A DNA stretch of 64,000 nt, taken from the NCBI RefSeq assembly GCF_009914755.1, contig NC_060937.1; one strand, given 5' to 3'. Source of the stretch: the human T2T-CHM13v2.0 reference genome, Homo sapiens. The position numbers and the translations under genes were made by a program. The first letter of the stretch is position 1, and each line of letters begins with the position of its first letter. Below, piece after piece: positions 29,371 through 43,744 of the stretch. The notes beneath the pieces were generated by a model that searched no databases, was not told where the DNA came from, and saw only the letters and a program-made list of their open reading frames with translations.

Positions 29371-30504
29371 TGAATGAGTTTATAATAGACAATATTTATA
29401 ACAAAACAGACTAAAGAAGGTACTTATAATTAAGTTAGACATTGAAAGATGTACATTCTAGAAGGGGGAAAGTAAATGAAGGAAGGAGGCAAAGTGTAAT
29501 GAAACTGATCACTGTGATTCAAAATGTGTGAGGAAAGTCAGTATAATTCTACAGTTAATGAGAGGAAGCTGAGACATATAAATTCCATCATTAGATACAA
29601 AGTATGTTTGTTTGATATTATCAATATCAAATAAAATATTATATTGTTTACAAATTATTGTAAATGAAATGTCTACCAAACCATGTTTTTAACATACTTG
29701 ATAGTGAGTTATACTTTCAGTCAGTAATGACACCAATTTTTTGCATATTCACAACATTCTTAGAATATGACTGAAAGATCATGGAGTATAAAAGATGCCT
29801 GCTTTACTGCTTCTTATGGCAACAGAACATGTATCCAACTTTGCCAAATTATCAGAATTTAAATGATAAAAAGGGGCAATGGCACAACCTCAGTTTATAA
29901 TATTTATGACTAATCCATTTTCAAGAATGCTTTCTAATAACACTTAATCTAGGAGTTAGGAGATTTAATAGGAGATTATATCAAGTACAAGTTATTTTTC
30001 CACAATTACAGGGTATTATTCATAAAATTCATATTATATTTAATCTGTTTTGTCCAAAAGGTCAACTCAATAGTTTGATAGGTTAAATGATACTTATTTC
30101 TACATTAGTTCTGCTACAAATATTCTTGATCCTTATGCAAAATATTTGATTTAGAAATTCAGGTCTGCAATTTAATAAACAATGCTGATTTTATGTATTT
30201 AAAGCAAACCTGGAAAATAGATCTTTAGGTTTTATAAATTATTATCATCTCTATAGATTATAATTTATATCTGCAAACTATAAACTATAGCTTTGAATGT
30301 ATAGTCTATGAGTGACTTTCTGAAGAAACCATTATAGTTTATAAAAGTTGATATGTTTCATATTGGAAGGAGGGGTGCATTTTGTTTTCTGCCTTATAGA
30401 TAAGTGTGAATTATTATTGTTTCAATCAAATTTGTCAATAGTTTTGGAATGCAAATGAGTGCCTATGATCACTGATCACGTTGTTGATAATAAATACTTT
30501 TAAA

Positions 30505-32097
30505 CAGTCAAAGATAGTGTATCCTGTCATTTGTAACAAGGATGAACCTGGAGAATATTATGTTAGATGAAGAAAGCCAGGCATAGAAAGACAAATATCA
30601 CAGGATGGTATTCATATGTGGAATCTAAAAAAAGTTTATCTTGAAGCAGAATTTTTTTCAGTGACACTTTGCCGGTCTGAGACCTTTGCAGCTGGTGAAG
30701 CCCCTGCCTGGGCCTCACTCGGGCCTGGGCTTGTCACAGAAGGCACTGGTCCACTCAGCCTGCCAGGCTGTGCCTGGCTTGTGCCCTGGTGTGGATCCCC
30801 GTGACCACTGTGACTATGCACTCAGTCCCTAGTGGGAAGGGGTGTGTGAGCAAGTGAGTGCAGGGTCAGGCTGGCTGCTCTAAGTTCTGGAACAAGAGTG
30901 GGCTCTGTGAGGAGCTTGTGGCTAGACAGCATGTCCAGCATGTCACAATTGAACCCTGTGGTGGACTTCGGTGTCCAGATAAGGGGAACATGGTGTTTCC
31001 CAAACAGGAATACCCATGAGCCCAAAGCCGCAGAAAGGGTGTTACAGCATGCTAACAGCTCTTTTAGCTCCTCCATCTGCAGCTCAATGAATGGGGGCAT
31101 GTTAACAACTTTGTCAGTCCTGTTGCCACCCTCTGGCCCGTGGCTCTGGGGCTGGTCTGACCTCACTGCTGCTTCCCATCACATGGGGCAACTGCTAAGT
31201 GCTGACAGGGGTTGGTGGGGTGGAGACCTACAGTGTTACTGTCTTATTCATACCCACATTTGGCAGAGTCCTGAGTTCTTGTTCTGCATCCAAGAAGAAT
31301 GACATTACACTGACAACCAGAGGGTGAGGAGGGAGAAGAGTTTTATTGAGTGAGAAAACAGCTCTCAACAGAGAAGGGACTCGAGGGTGGTCCCCCACCT
31401 AAGTCAGGTGGTCTTTTTCTCAGTGTGTCTGGGTCTGGGGCTTTTATGGGCTCAGAATGAGGAAGTGCATGCTGACTGGTTTGTGAGTGTGCAAAAGAGG
31501 CTAAAGCAAAAGCACCACTGAAAGGTGGGCACAATAGTGTAAAAAAACCAATTAGGAATGGTAGGTATATGTAAAATAGGTGAAGAGTGGGGATCAAACA
31601 GAGAAAAGCACACCAAACAGTAAGAGAGGTTCTCAATCTGGTCCATGGATTTATCCAGAACTTGTAGCTGTGCTTTAAACTGTCTTCGGCTTAAAGGCTG
31701 GGTTTCACTGGCGACCTGCCCTGTCTTCCTAGGATTTGTCTGCCTCCTGCCACTATCAAGCTCAAAGAAGTAGGAAGTAGAAGAGTGGTTATTAGAGGTG
31801 ACACAGGTGAGAGAGTGGATAGCCAGAGAGTAACATATACAAAATTACAGCTATATAGGAGGAATACATTCTCATGTTCTATAGCACCATAATTAAAAAC
31901 AATATGTTGAATATTTTCAAATAGCTAGAAGAGGGGATTCTCAAATTTCTCAATACAAAAAAAAGATAAATGTCTGAAGTGATAGATATGTCAATTACCC
32001 TGATTTGATAATTGTATATTGTATACATGTATCAAAATATTAAACTGTACCCCATAAATATGTACAATTTTTATGTGTCAATTAAAAATGATAAAAG
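30505..32097 (+). mobile_element. L1MA 3' end interrupted by an ERV1 LTR
   Basis: ...catatgtggaatctaaaaaaagtttatct | caaagaagtaggaagtagaagagtggtt... is continuous across the LTR. Confidence 0.8.
30642..31758 (-). mobile_element. MER52/LTR28-group ERV1 solo LTR
   Basis: Minus strand begins TGATAGTGGCAGGAGGCAGACAAATCCTAGG and ends ...AATTCTGCTTCA; GC-rich; 4-bp TSD atct/agct. Confidence 0.85.
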
Positions 32098-32100
32098 CAT

Positions 32101-32408
32101 GTCACCAGGGCTGGGGGGCAGGGTTGGGGAGATGCTGATTAAAAAATACAAAATTTTGATTTGATAGGAGGAGTAAGGTTAAGATATCTATTGTAAAATG
32201 TGGTGATTATTGTTAATAATATATTGCATTCTTAAAAATGCTGAGTGAATGAAAGTGTTCTCACCACTAAACTAACTGTGTGAATTAATGTGTATATTAA
32301 TTAGCAAGCTTTAGCCATTCCACAATGCATATGTACTTCAAAGCATCATTTTATACACGGTAGATACACACAATTTTGTCTGTCATTTCAAAAACAATTT
32401 AATAAAAG
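32101..32408 (+). mobile_element. Second L1MA 3' end
   Basis: Starts at the G-rich tract; tagccattccacaatg; ends aataaaa. Confidence 0.8.
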
Positions 32409-32501
32409 ATAATTTAGGTAGTCGGGGGAAAATCTGGATGAATATAATGTAGATGGTTCCTGCAAATCCCTGAAATATAAGACAACCAGGGGGTATGTTC
32501 T

Positions 32502-32800
32502 GGGGAGTGGGTGGCAGGGGAGGTAGTGATTGGGAAGATGTTGGTGAAAAGATACAAAAGTTCAGTTAAGTTCAAGAGATCTCTTGTACAATATGGTGAC
32601 CATAGTTAATAATAATATATTGTATACGTGAAAATGAAGAGAGTAGATTTTAAGTATTTTCTTCACATTAAATGATAACTACGTGTGGTAGTACATATGT
32701 TAATTAGCTTGAGTTAATCATTGAATAATAAGTATATTTTCAAACATGTTGTACACCATAAATATATACAATTCTAATTTGTCAATTTAAAAAAATAAAA
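32502..32800 (+). mobile_element. Third L1MA 3' end
   Basis: Starts at the G-rich tract; aagttcaagagatct...catgttgtacaccataaatatatacaatt; A tail. Confidence 0.8.
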
Positions 32801-33799
32801 GACATTACATACATGAAAGCATGTTTTCTAAAAAGCAAAAAAAATTAAATAATTTGGCAGTATATTGATGAATTTAGGTCATGAAAATTCAGGATTATTA
32901 TTTGTTAAACATTTGAGTATATGTCTATAGTTTTTGTAGCCTCTGAAGTGTATTGTTATAAACAAGTTGATCAAAGAGGATGCAACTCACTACACATGAA
33001 CATCATTATATGACGTATTGATTTTAGTCTTTAGGGAGTAAATTGAGGTAACATTCTACATGTTAAATTTCCCCATTTCATGCAAATTTTTTTATTATTG
33101 CTGACTGACTTTTGCTTGTTGCTTTTCCCCACTTTTAGTGATTTTATTTTATGCTACCATTTTTGCTGCCTACTACTGAATAACTATCGAATCATAGGTT
33201 GGTTGAAAGTGTCCATAGAGCACAGAATATTCTGCTAGAAAATACTTTGGAGAAATGCCTACTCCCTATTTACATTGGCACTTACAGTCTGCAGTATAAT
33301 CAAAATGAGTTAATGGAATATTGTACTAAATAAGCAGGTGGCTTAATTTTGTAGGAATTAAGCAGTCAGTAAAATAGGGAATTTGAATTTGGTCCATTAG
33401 TGCAGGAGTTGCTTTAGTTTACTGATGTTGTTGAACTTGGAAAGGGCAGCAGAAATTTTCTTTTTTGTCTTTGGACAAATTAAAGATAATAAATATAGTG
33501 AACTGAACTTGTAAAAAAAGTCTCCCAATCTTGGAAAACCTCATACTTGGTGATTGAAAGAGATGCTAAAACTATGGAAATTATTTTCTTCAAACAAGTG
33601 AAACAAATTGAAAATATGGGTTCAAAAAAGTTTTAAACTATATTCATACATTATATATATAATTTTATATCTACTAGATTATATAGTGATGTCTCAAAAG
33701 GTTGACTTTGCCATAAAATTCTTTAAAAAATAATTAATTGATATAATTTGCTGATAATGCACAATGTAATGTGCATTTGATGGGATTCACCATATTTAT

Positions 33800-33960
33800 T
33801 TTTTGCAACGTCTTTATGAAGTACAAACTCTTCATTTAGAATGAGAAAAGTAAAATTTATCTAGTTGAAGTAACTTGTCCAAAATCAAACATCTAAAAAG
33901 TTGTTAAGTCAGGATTTTAAGTCAGGATTTTAAGCTAAGGTTCTGGGCTTGAACATTTCA
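33800..33960 (-). mobile_element. MIR remnant with a 13-bp tandem duplication
   Basis: gttgaagtaacttgtccaaaatc MIR core; taagtcaggattt twice. Confidence 0.65.
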
Positions 33961-34578
33961 CAACACTGGCAAGCATGAAACCCACTTAAGCAAAGACCAT
34001 GATGGGGGGTATAGATTTAGAAGGGCCATGGTTACTTCTGCCTTGAACTAGAACAATTTGCAGAAATAATATTTGTGCTTAGAAATGAACGTTATATTTC
34101 TAAGTTGAGATGGGGAGGGAACAGCAGAGAAATTATTACTAACAGATATGTGCAAGTTCATAGTATTTTGGATAACTATACATAGCCAGACATGTTTAGA
34201 AAAGCAGTTTGGAACCAGGCTATTAAAAACTTTTAGTGATTTTATACAGTGAAACTTAGATTTTATCATATAGGACATAACAAGTGATTTAGTAAATAGA
34301 AATAGACTTCCAATCCTAATTGAAAACTTAGTGATCTTTCCATTTGGAATATATTAAAATGTTATAATAACAGACAACTTTAATATATCCATATCTATAT
34401 CTCTGCCCATAATCTATATGGTGATTTGTTTACTCCATACAATTCCAGTTACATTAGGTTTAAGCAGTTGCCCTCATTTGGATGCTGAGTTATTAGCGGC
34501 AGCATTAAGAGACTACTACTCTTAACACTGTTGTTTGTATTAAGAATACAAGTATTTGTATCACTAAAGTCAATTCTC

Positions 34579-34626
34579 ATATATACATTTATATATATAT
34601 ATATACACATATATATATATATATAT
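34579..34626. repeat. (TA)n microsatellite
   Basis: Interrupted TA run. Confidence 0.85.
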
Positions 34627-37074
34627 GTATTTCCCTATTCATGTTTCACCATACAGGACACCCACTATCCTATGGTTTTATACCACTATGAGGTGAAAAC
34701 CATCTTCTAATTACTACATCTCGACCATTTGACAATATATTATTTCACCTAAGAAACTCAAAAATTGAAAAGATCAAAGGCTGTAGAGCTTGACAAAACA
34801 TTTTGATTTCTCCTTAACCCGACACTTCCCATGGTGATTCTACTGGGCAGCCAATTTTGAGAATCACAAACTTTGGGAACTGTTATCTTCCAAGTGTGGA
34901 TTTGAACTAAGATTTTGATATATAGATCTGAAAAATAAACAAATTAAATGTAGTGAGTCAAAGTATAAAATAAGTAAAATAATGTAAAGTCATTTACTTT
35001 TAATTTTCAGCTGTTGATAAAGATTATTAGTTGTCTTCAAATGTCTGCTAGTGTTGTTATTTATTTGTCATAAAATGTACACAATGACACGATAAAGCTT
35101 ACAATATTGCATTTCCATTATTACAAACAAAATCAGTAGCTTTCAATGTTTGCATGCAAATGGAGAAGTGATATAAATAGCAGATGATGTGTCGGGCAAG
35201 GGATCTAAAAGCAGGTACCTAACGATTGTCTTACTGTCTATTTACTCATTGAAAATACAATGTTTCAAGCTATTATTTTTCTCCCTTGTATCGAATACAA
35301 AGCATGATGATATAGAATTATTATCTTTCAGCTTAAATGGCTATTAACTGCATTCAGCAGGACATTCTATTAGAAGTTGTGTAATAAAATCCATTATCAA
35401 GTAGATATTGCCAGAAACTGTTACCACTAACACAAGTTGTATTCTTCTCTGAATTCTTTCAGTGCGCCTCATTTTATGATAGTTGATTCCACTTAATTTT
35501 GTTATTCTCTAGAAATATTGCTTCTCTAGCACTACTGTCACTTTCTTGTCAGCTGTAATGGCCTCATTCACTACCCAGACTATTGCAATTTGTCATTATT
35601 TAGGCAGAATTCACTACTGTTGAAGAATTGTAAGTTTTACCCTTATTGCTAAGTTTGATAAATATATATAGAAAAATGTTCTATTGTTACATCACATAGT
35701 TTCTCTTCACTCAGTGGACTGTTGACGTGATTTGGACTCTGCATCAGGAAATAGATCTCTCATACAAAATAACCCAATTGACTGCTAAATGGTAAACAAG
35801 CTGAAAAGAAAATACTGAAAGCATCGATCATGTAATCATGTCCAATCACAATCATTACGTAGGATGATTTTTTATAAGAGTGCCAGGTGGGATTTTTCTC
35901 TTATTCTCTCTCTTTTCACAGTATGATGTCAGTATACATTTCATGTTAGAGAGAGAAATAATTACCATATATATTACTCTAGCAATATGCTTCTATTAAT
36001 TATTTCTAATAAGGGTCCAAGAATCATAGCATACTTCTACAATAACACAAAGATATTTTATATTTTATTTTATATAACCTATATTATAAAAGAATCTAAG
36101 GCTAGTCACAAAATTGCCTTTAAAATCTATGGGCAAAATATAAGCAGGATAATATCACTTGGTTACATAATTAAAATTTACTAGCAGATAGATTTTAAAA
36201 TGCACTTGCACAGTCAGATTCTGCTGGTTTTATGAACTGTTTATGCAGCAATGGGGAACTATGTACCTTCTGAATAAAAACCATTAAGTATTTGTGAGGT
36301 TATTGTGTGGCATAGCTGGAAATACAGTGCACATACATTTATATGAATATGTAAATTAGGGTCAGTATATTAAATATAAAATGAATATTGTTTACTATTT
36401 ACAAATGAAGAATTGATGGTTAGATTTATTTTGCATTTATTGAAAAATTTAAATTTTTAAAAGTAAAAAGATGTTAAAAATAGTGATGACACATGCTACA
36501 CAATAATTTTAGGGAATTACTAACTTCCCAATATTTTTGTAAGAAAAAAATTAAATTTAATTTTTTCCTGTTGTTCATTAGTGCTGTGTGTAACATGGTA
36601 ACTGTTGGAAACATATATAGGCATATACTTGTTAACTTATTTTTGAGCATAGCCAAAATGTATATTCACACAAAACAAATTCTTACATTTTAAAATTATG
36701 CTTTAGACATTATTCATAAACCAAAACTTTAAGAATATTCGGACTTCTCATTTTCTGTGAAAAGATACTCCAAACCTTATTCTATGTCAGACTTAATTTA
36801 TTTTATATTTACTTTCTGTGTAGCAGGACTAAGTTTCTGAGGATTCTCCAAATATTTTCTCTTCCATAGTTACATCTTCCTAACTGGAAAACAAATTTCA
36901 GAAATTCACATAATTATGTTTTAAACTACTTTTTGGCCCCATATAATTTTTCACTTTGCATAATGCCTGATGGGATATAGTTTGGTGTTGTTTTCTAAAC
37001 TAATAACCATCTAGCTGCATCAATCCATAGCCTCCCTTGTGGTCTCCATGCATTTTTAACTTAATACTAGTATC

Positions 37075-37120
37075 ATCACCACTACTACCACCACCACCAC
37101 TGCTGCTACTACTACTACTA
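37075..37120 (+). repeat. Compound trinucleotide repeat (CAC/TGC/TAC)
   Basis: catcaccactactaccaccaccaccactgctgctactactactacta. Confidence 0.8.
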
Positions 37121-38444
37121 TTAGGTTCATATTTGTATTCACACATTACAATTTCATAATAATTTTATGCCAATATTCCCTGATGTATGCTCCAAAATTT
37201 AGTGAGTTTTCTTTCTAGTATTATCACTTGGAGTATTAAAGTGATTCATTTAGCGTGTAGAGAAATTGATTGCATCACCTTGGTTTCATTAGCATTAATT
37301 ATAATCAATTCAGATAACAAGGCAAAGATAAAAAGAATGAATTGCAGAGAACATATATTAATGGTCAATACAGGTCATTTGTTAGCAGTTTGTTTTCAAG
37401 CATTATTCAGAGTATTTACTTCAGTTATTAATTGTCTATTTCATTGGAATACTTAATCTGTAGATGTGGTACTCTTTATCCTTATGCTATTAGAGACAAA
37501 GTGACATATCTTAGAAAAACAACTACTAGATTCAGCAATTGGCAATATGACTTTAATCTCACTGGATGGTTAAGTAAATAGTTTTCTAAACTTAACTAAA
37601 TGATTTTTAGTTTTCTAAACTAAGACGGTTTGGAAAACTAAAAGAAAAGGATTTATGGTTCAATTAAAATTTTTAAAGAAGAGAGTAATAGTAGCAACCA
37701 TTTGCAGTTATATTTTTGCTTATTTTTCTTGTTTGTTTTTGTTAAAAAAATAAGAAAAAAGGACTTTCACAGGAAAATACAATACTCATTTACTGCCCAT
37801 CCTCTTTCTTCAGCTAATCTTCCTGATGCATTGAAACTCTTCTCTAGTACTTGTAATTAAAGACTCAGATTGATACATTTTTTAAAAATCACAAATGAAA
37901 ATTCTAGTAAACTTTGTAGTCAGAGAAAAAATTCCAATTGAGAATAACTGTACATTTTTTAAAAATTCAAACACAAACAAGTGTAAGAAAAATTAATATG
38001 TTGGTAATAAGTTATCCTTATCCCTACACCCTCCTACAGAAGAGGGAAAAATAGTAAGTATTTAAATCAAGGGCCATTACCAGCTTGTATGTTTCTTTTC
38101 ACCTTTGTTTTTATATTTAATTTTATGATGAGTACTGTCTTCTAAGTGTTGTATGCTAAGAACATATCTATTTTTGGATGTGCCTGTTTTGTTCTGAAAC
38201 TAAAACAGTCTATAAAAATGTCAGATTGACTTTATGTAGGGATACACTTTTATTTTATCCAAGATTGCAATTTTATCATCACTTTTTATTGTGCTAGGCA
38301 ATTCCTGGTACCAGGATAATTCTTCCCTTAGCATCCTGAGCAACATAATGAAAAAAGACAACAATCTAATTCTTATAATCTTAGTTGCTCATTTGTAGAC
38401 TGAATATCCTGAAGTAACACATACCACTAAAAAGGATTATAGAA

Positions 38445-39232
38445 AAGGACTATAAAAATTGCATATCGACAAATTAACAATCTAGAAGAAATGACATTAC
38501 TAGAAACAGACAATCTACCAAGACTGCATCATGAAGAAATAGAGACTCTGAAGAAGCATATAACTAGTAAGAATATTGAATTCATAATTAAAAACCTACA
38601 AGTGAAGAAAAGCCTGCAGCCAGATGGCTTCATTGTTGAATTTTACCAAACATCAAAAGAGTAAATGCCAATATTTCTCAAAGTTTTCCAAAAGAAAAAA
38701 AAAAAAAATGAAGAGCAGGAAAAGACCTCTCTCTAATTCATTGTATGAGACCAGCATTGCCCTGAAATCCAAGCTAGAAAAAGACACTACAACAAACTTA
38801 TAGACCAATATCTCCTATAAACATTAATGCAAAAATCCTCAAAAAATATACTAGGAAACGAAATTTACGGAATCTTAAAAGGATTATACATTATGACCAA
38901 GTGGGATTTATTTTTTAAATGCAAGTATTTTTTAAAATGTGGAAATCAATTGATGGAATACTTCGTAATAATAAAATTAAGTGAAAAACATAATCATGTA
39001 TATTTATGCAGAATATGCATTTGACAAATTCAATATATTTTAATTTAAAAACTAGGAATTTTTGTTGGAAAGTTGTCTTCAACAAAATAGGAAGAAAAGT
39101 AAACTATGCTACAAAACAAATACCAAATATAAAATCCACAGCCAACATAATACTTAATGCTCAAAGACTGAAAACTTTTCCCCCAAGATCAAGAGCAAGG
39201 CAAGAATGTCCACTCTCTCCACTTCTATTCAA
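38445..39232 (+). mobile_element. Old L1 ORF2 (RT region) fragment
   Basis: ccagatggcttcattgttgaattttaccaaacat; translation [33 protein letters not shown] is the RT motif corresponding to [14 protein letters not shown]. Confidence 0.88.
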
Positions 39233-39450
39233 CCTCCTGGGCTCAAGCGATCCTCCCACCTCAGCCACCTCAGTAGCTGGGATTACAGGCACATGCCACC
39301 ACATCTGGCTAATTTTTTTTTTTTTTTTTTTGTAGAGACAGAGTTTCACTACATTGCCCAAGCTGGTCTCAAACACCTGGACTTAAGCAATCTGCCCACT
39401 TTGGCCTTCCAAAATTCTGTGATTACAGATGTAGCCACCATGCCTAGCTA
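39228..39450 (-). mobile_element. AluJ lacking its 3' end
   Basis: Begins mid right arm at tcaacctcctgggctcaagcgatcc. Confidence 0.85.
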
Positions 39451-39611
39451 TGTTACTTATTTAAAAGAATAACATTTAAGTACTGTTTTTAAAGGGCATC
39501 CTTTAAATCGTAAAAAAATAGAAAACATAGGAAAGGCAGTATTTTTAAGTATGCTACAAAGCATGTTTGCTTCTCAAATTAAAATCCTATTCAAAAATAT
39601 GTCTTGCCAAA

Positions 39612-40189
39612 TATGGTAGATAGAAAAATACCTCTGCCCCCTCCAAAAATGACCACATCTTAATTCTTGGTGTCTGCAAATATGTTATCTTAGATGGCAA
39701 AATCTCTTTAGTTGATGTAATTAAGATAAGGAACTCAATGTTCTTGATTATCTCATTGGGCCCAATGTAATCACAAGGGTCCTAATAAGAGAGAGATAAG
39801 AGAGTCTGTAAAACAGTAGTAGATCTGCTGATGGAAGCAGAGGTGAAAGAAATCGGAAGATGCTACATTGCTGACCTTGGAAATGAAGGAAGGGGCCACT
39901 TGCCTAGAAATGTAAGTTGTCCCTTAGTAGGGAAGAAAGAAAGGAAGAAAGAAAGTGAAAAAAGAAAGAAGGGAAGAAAACAAAAGGGACCACTTGCCAA
40001 GAAATGCAAGTGGTCCATCAAAGTTGGAAAGGACAGGAAAACAAATTATCCCTTAGAACCTCTAGAAGGAATACAACCAACACCTTGATTTTAGGTCTTC
40101 TGACCTTCTTAACTAGAAGGTACTACAGTTTTATTTTAAGCCACTACATTTATGATAATTTGTTATAACAACCACAGAAAATTAATACA
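39612..40189 (+). mobile_element. MLT1 (C/D-like) MaLR LTR
   Basis: gggcccaatgtaatcacaagggtcct...ttttaagccactacatttatgataatttgttataacaaccacagaaaattaataca. Confidence 0.8.
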
Positions 40190-40406
40190 CTGAAAAACCA
40201 AACTTTGCAATTACTTATATAAAGCAAGGGTTAAATTGATTCAATGGTTTTGTTTATAATTCTAGCTTTCATTTAATAAGCACTTGTGAAGCACCTTTTT
40301 GCTAATCACTTATCTCAATTAATATTCCAAAGACTAAAGAGATTTTTAAAATATATCCAGATTTTTTTGGTAGCAATTTGCTCTTATAGCAATTAAAAGA
40401 ATTGAA

Positions 40407-40506
40407 ATGTATATGTATATATGTGTGTATATATTTGTGTGTGTATATATATGTACATATGTGTGTGTATATGTATGCATATGTGATGTGTGTATATATA
40501 CATATA
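40407..40506. repeat. (TA/TG)n compound microsatellite next to an Alu tail
   Basis: Alternating purine-pyrimidine run of about 100 bp. Confidence 0.85.
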
Positions 40507-40768
40507 TTTTGTTGTTGTTGTTGTTGAGACAGTCTCCCTCCTTCACACAGATTGGAGTGCAGTGGAGTGATAGATTCTTGTGCCTCAGCCTCCCAAGTAG
40601 CTGGGACCACAGGTATGAGCCAACATACCCAGCTAATTTTTGTATTTTTAATAGCGACAGGGTTTCACCATGTTGGCCATGCTCATGCCGAACTCCTGAC
40701 TTGAAGTGATTGCCCACCTTGGCCTCCCAAAGTGCCAGGATTACAGGCATGAGCCACTGTGCCCAGCC
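40507..40768 (-). mobile_element. AluS with an internal right-arm deletion
   Basis: gagtgcagtggagtgata|gattcttgtgcctcagcc junction; (TTG)n tail. Confidence 0.88.
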
Positions 40769-40989
40769 CACTTAGATATATTTAGATGTATGTTTAGTTG
40801 TTACTACCTAGATACAATAAAAAGGGGTCTTCATTACAAGGATGTTTACTTGTTTTAATTACTCTTACACCCTATTTAGAGAACTTAACCCTTACTGTAA
40901 CCCTAAATGTTCTTGGTGGTATGGTGAGCTTTAAACATAAAATGATGTATTATTATTACATTTTTCAGGCTCAAACATCTGGAAATTGG

Positions 40990-41535
40990 TTTGTTTGTTT
41001 TTTATTTTGGTACGAACAAATAACATAAGGTCTACCGTTTTAATAAATTTTTAAATGTGTATGACAATATTGTCAACTATAAGCACAGTGTACAGAGATT
41101 TTTTTGAATTTATCTTGCATAACAGAAACTTCACACCTGTTGGACAGCATCTCTCCATTTATTTCCCCTCTCAGCTCTTGGCAACCTCTTTTTATTTGCT
41201 GCTTCTATGAATTTGACTATTTAATATAACTTGATATCAATCCTTATAAGAAATGTTTATGTGTACACTACAGTATTGTTAACTATAAGCACAATGTACA
41301 GCAAATTCCTAGAACTTGTTTCCCATAACTAAAACTTTATACCTGTATATGTGTTGATAGCAGCTCTCCATTTCCTCTCCCCCTCTCAGTTCCTAGCAAC
41401 CACTTTTTATTTTTTTTTAATGAACTTGACTATTTCAAATAACTTATATAAGTGAAAATATGGTGAATTTACCGTTTTGTGGTTTATTTCCCTTAACATG
41501 TTCTCCAAGTTTGTCTACACTGCCACATACGGAAT
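40990..41535 (-). mobile_element. L1MA (8/9-like) 3' end with an internal ~200-bp duplication
   Basis: aactataagcaca(g/a)tgtacag...tgaa(t/c)ttgactattt occurs twice. Confidence 0.8.
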
Positions 41536-41841
41536 TTTCTTCCTTCCTTTCTTTTTTCCTTTCTTTCTTTCTCTTTCTTTCTTTTTTTCTCTCTTTCTCT
41601 CTTTCCTTTTTCTTTCTCTTTCTTTTTCTTTCTCTTTCTCTTTCTCTTTCCTTTTTTCTCTTTCTTGCTCTCTTCTTTCTCTCTCTTTTCTTGCTCTTTC
41701 TTTTTCCTTTCTCTCTTTCTTTTTCTCTTTCCTTTTTATCTGCTTTCTTTCTTTCTCTTTCTTTCTCTTTTTCTTTCTTTTTCCTTCTTTCTCTCTTTCT
41801 TTCTTTTCTTTCTTTCTTTTTTCTTTTTCTTTTTCTTTTTT
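41536..41841. repeat. ~305-bp polypyrimidine (TTTC/TC)n tract forming an AluJ tail
   Basis: Almost pure C/T, contiguous with the Alu 3' end. Confidence 0.95.
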
Positions 41842-42123
41842 AGAAACAGGATCTCCTCTGTTACCCAGGCTTCAGTGCAATGGCATGATCATAGCTCACT
41901 GCAGACTCTAATTCTTGGGCTCCAGTGATCCTCCTGCCTCAGTCTCCAGAGTAACTAGAACTACAGGCACATGCCACCACACCCAGGTATACACATATTT
42001 TTTAATAGAGACAGGGTCTTGCTATGTTGCCTAGGCCTGTCTCAAACACCTGGTTTCAAGCTATCCTCCTGCCCTTGTATCCCAAATTACTAAGATTACA
42101 GTCATGAGTCACCACCTCTGGCC
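41842..42123 (-). mobile_element. AluJ
   Basis: gatcatagctcactgcag...gtgatcctcctgcctcag; J-type. Confidence 0.88.
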
Positions 42124-42164
42124 AACGTTTTTTTGTTGTTGTTGTTTTGTTTTGTTTTTTACCA

Positions 42165-43703
<1,539 letters not shown>

Positions 43704-43744
43704 CTCTCAAATTGTCTTATAAAAAGAAAGACAGAAAGTTTATC

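Noticed and set aside
29611-29631. Short 8-9 bp inverted repeats (also near 33760 and 61910)
   Set aside because: Expected by chance in AT-rich sequence of this length.
30616-31646. Cluster of overlapping ORFs in a GC-rich island
   Set aside because: Lies essentially within an ERV1 LTR; high GC content explains the open frames, and CpG is depleted.
41460-41928. Hydrophobic F/L/S-rich ORFs as membrane proteins
   Set aside because: Translations of the stop-free polypyrimidine tract.
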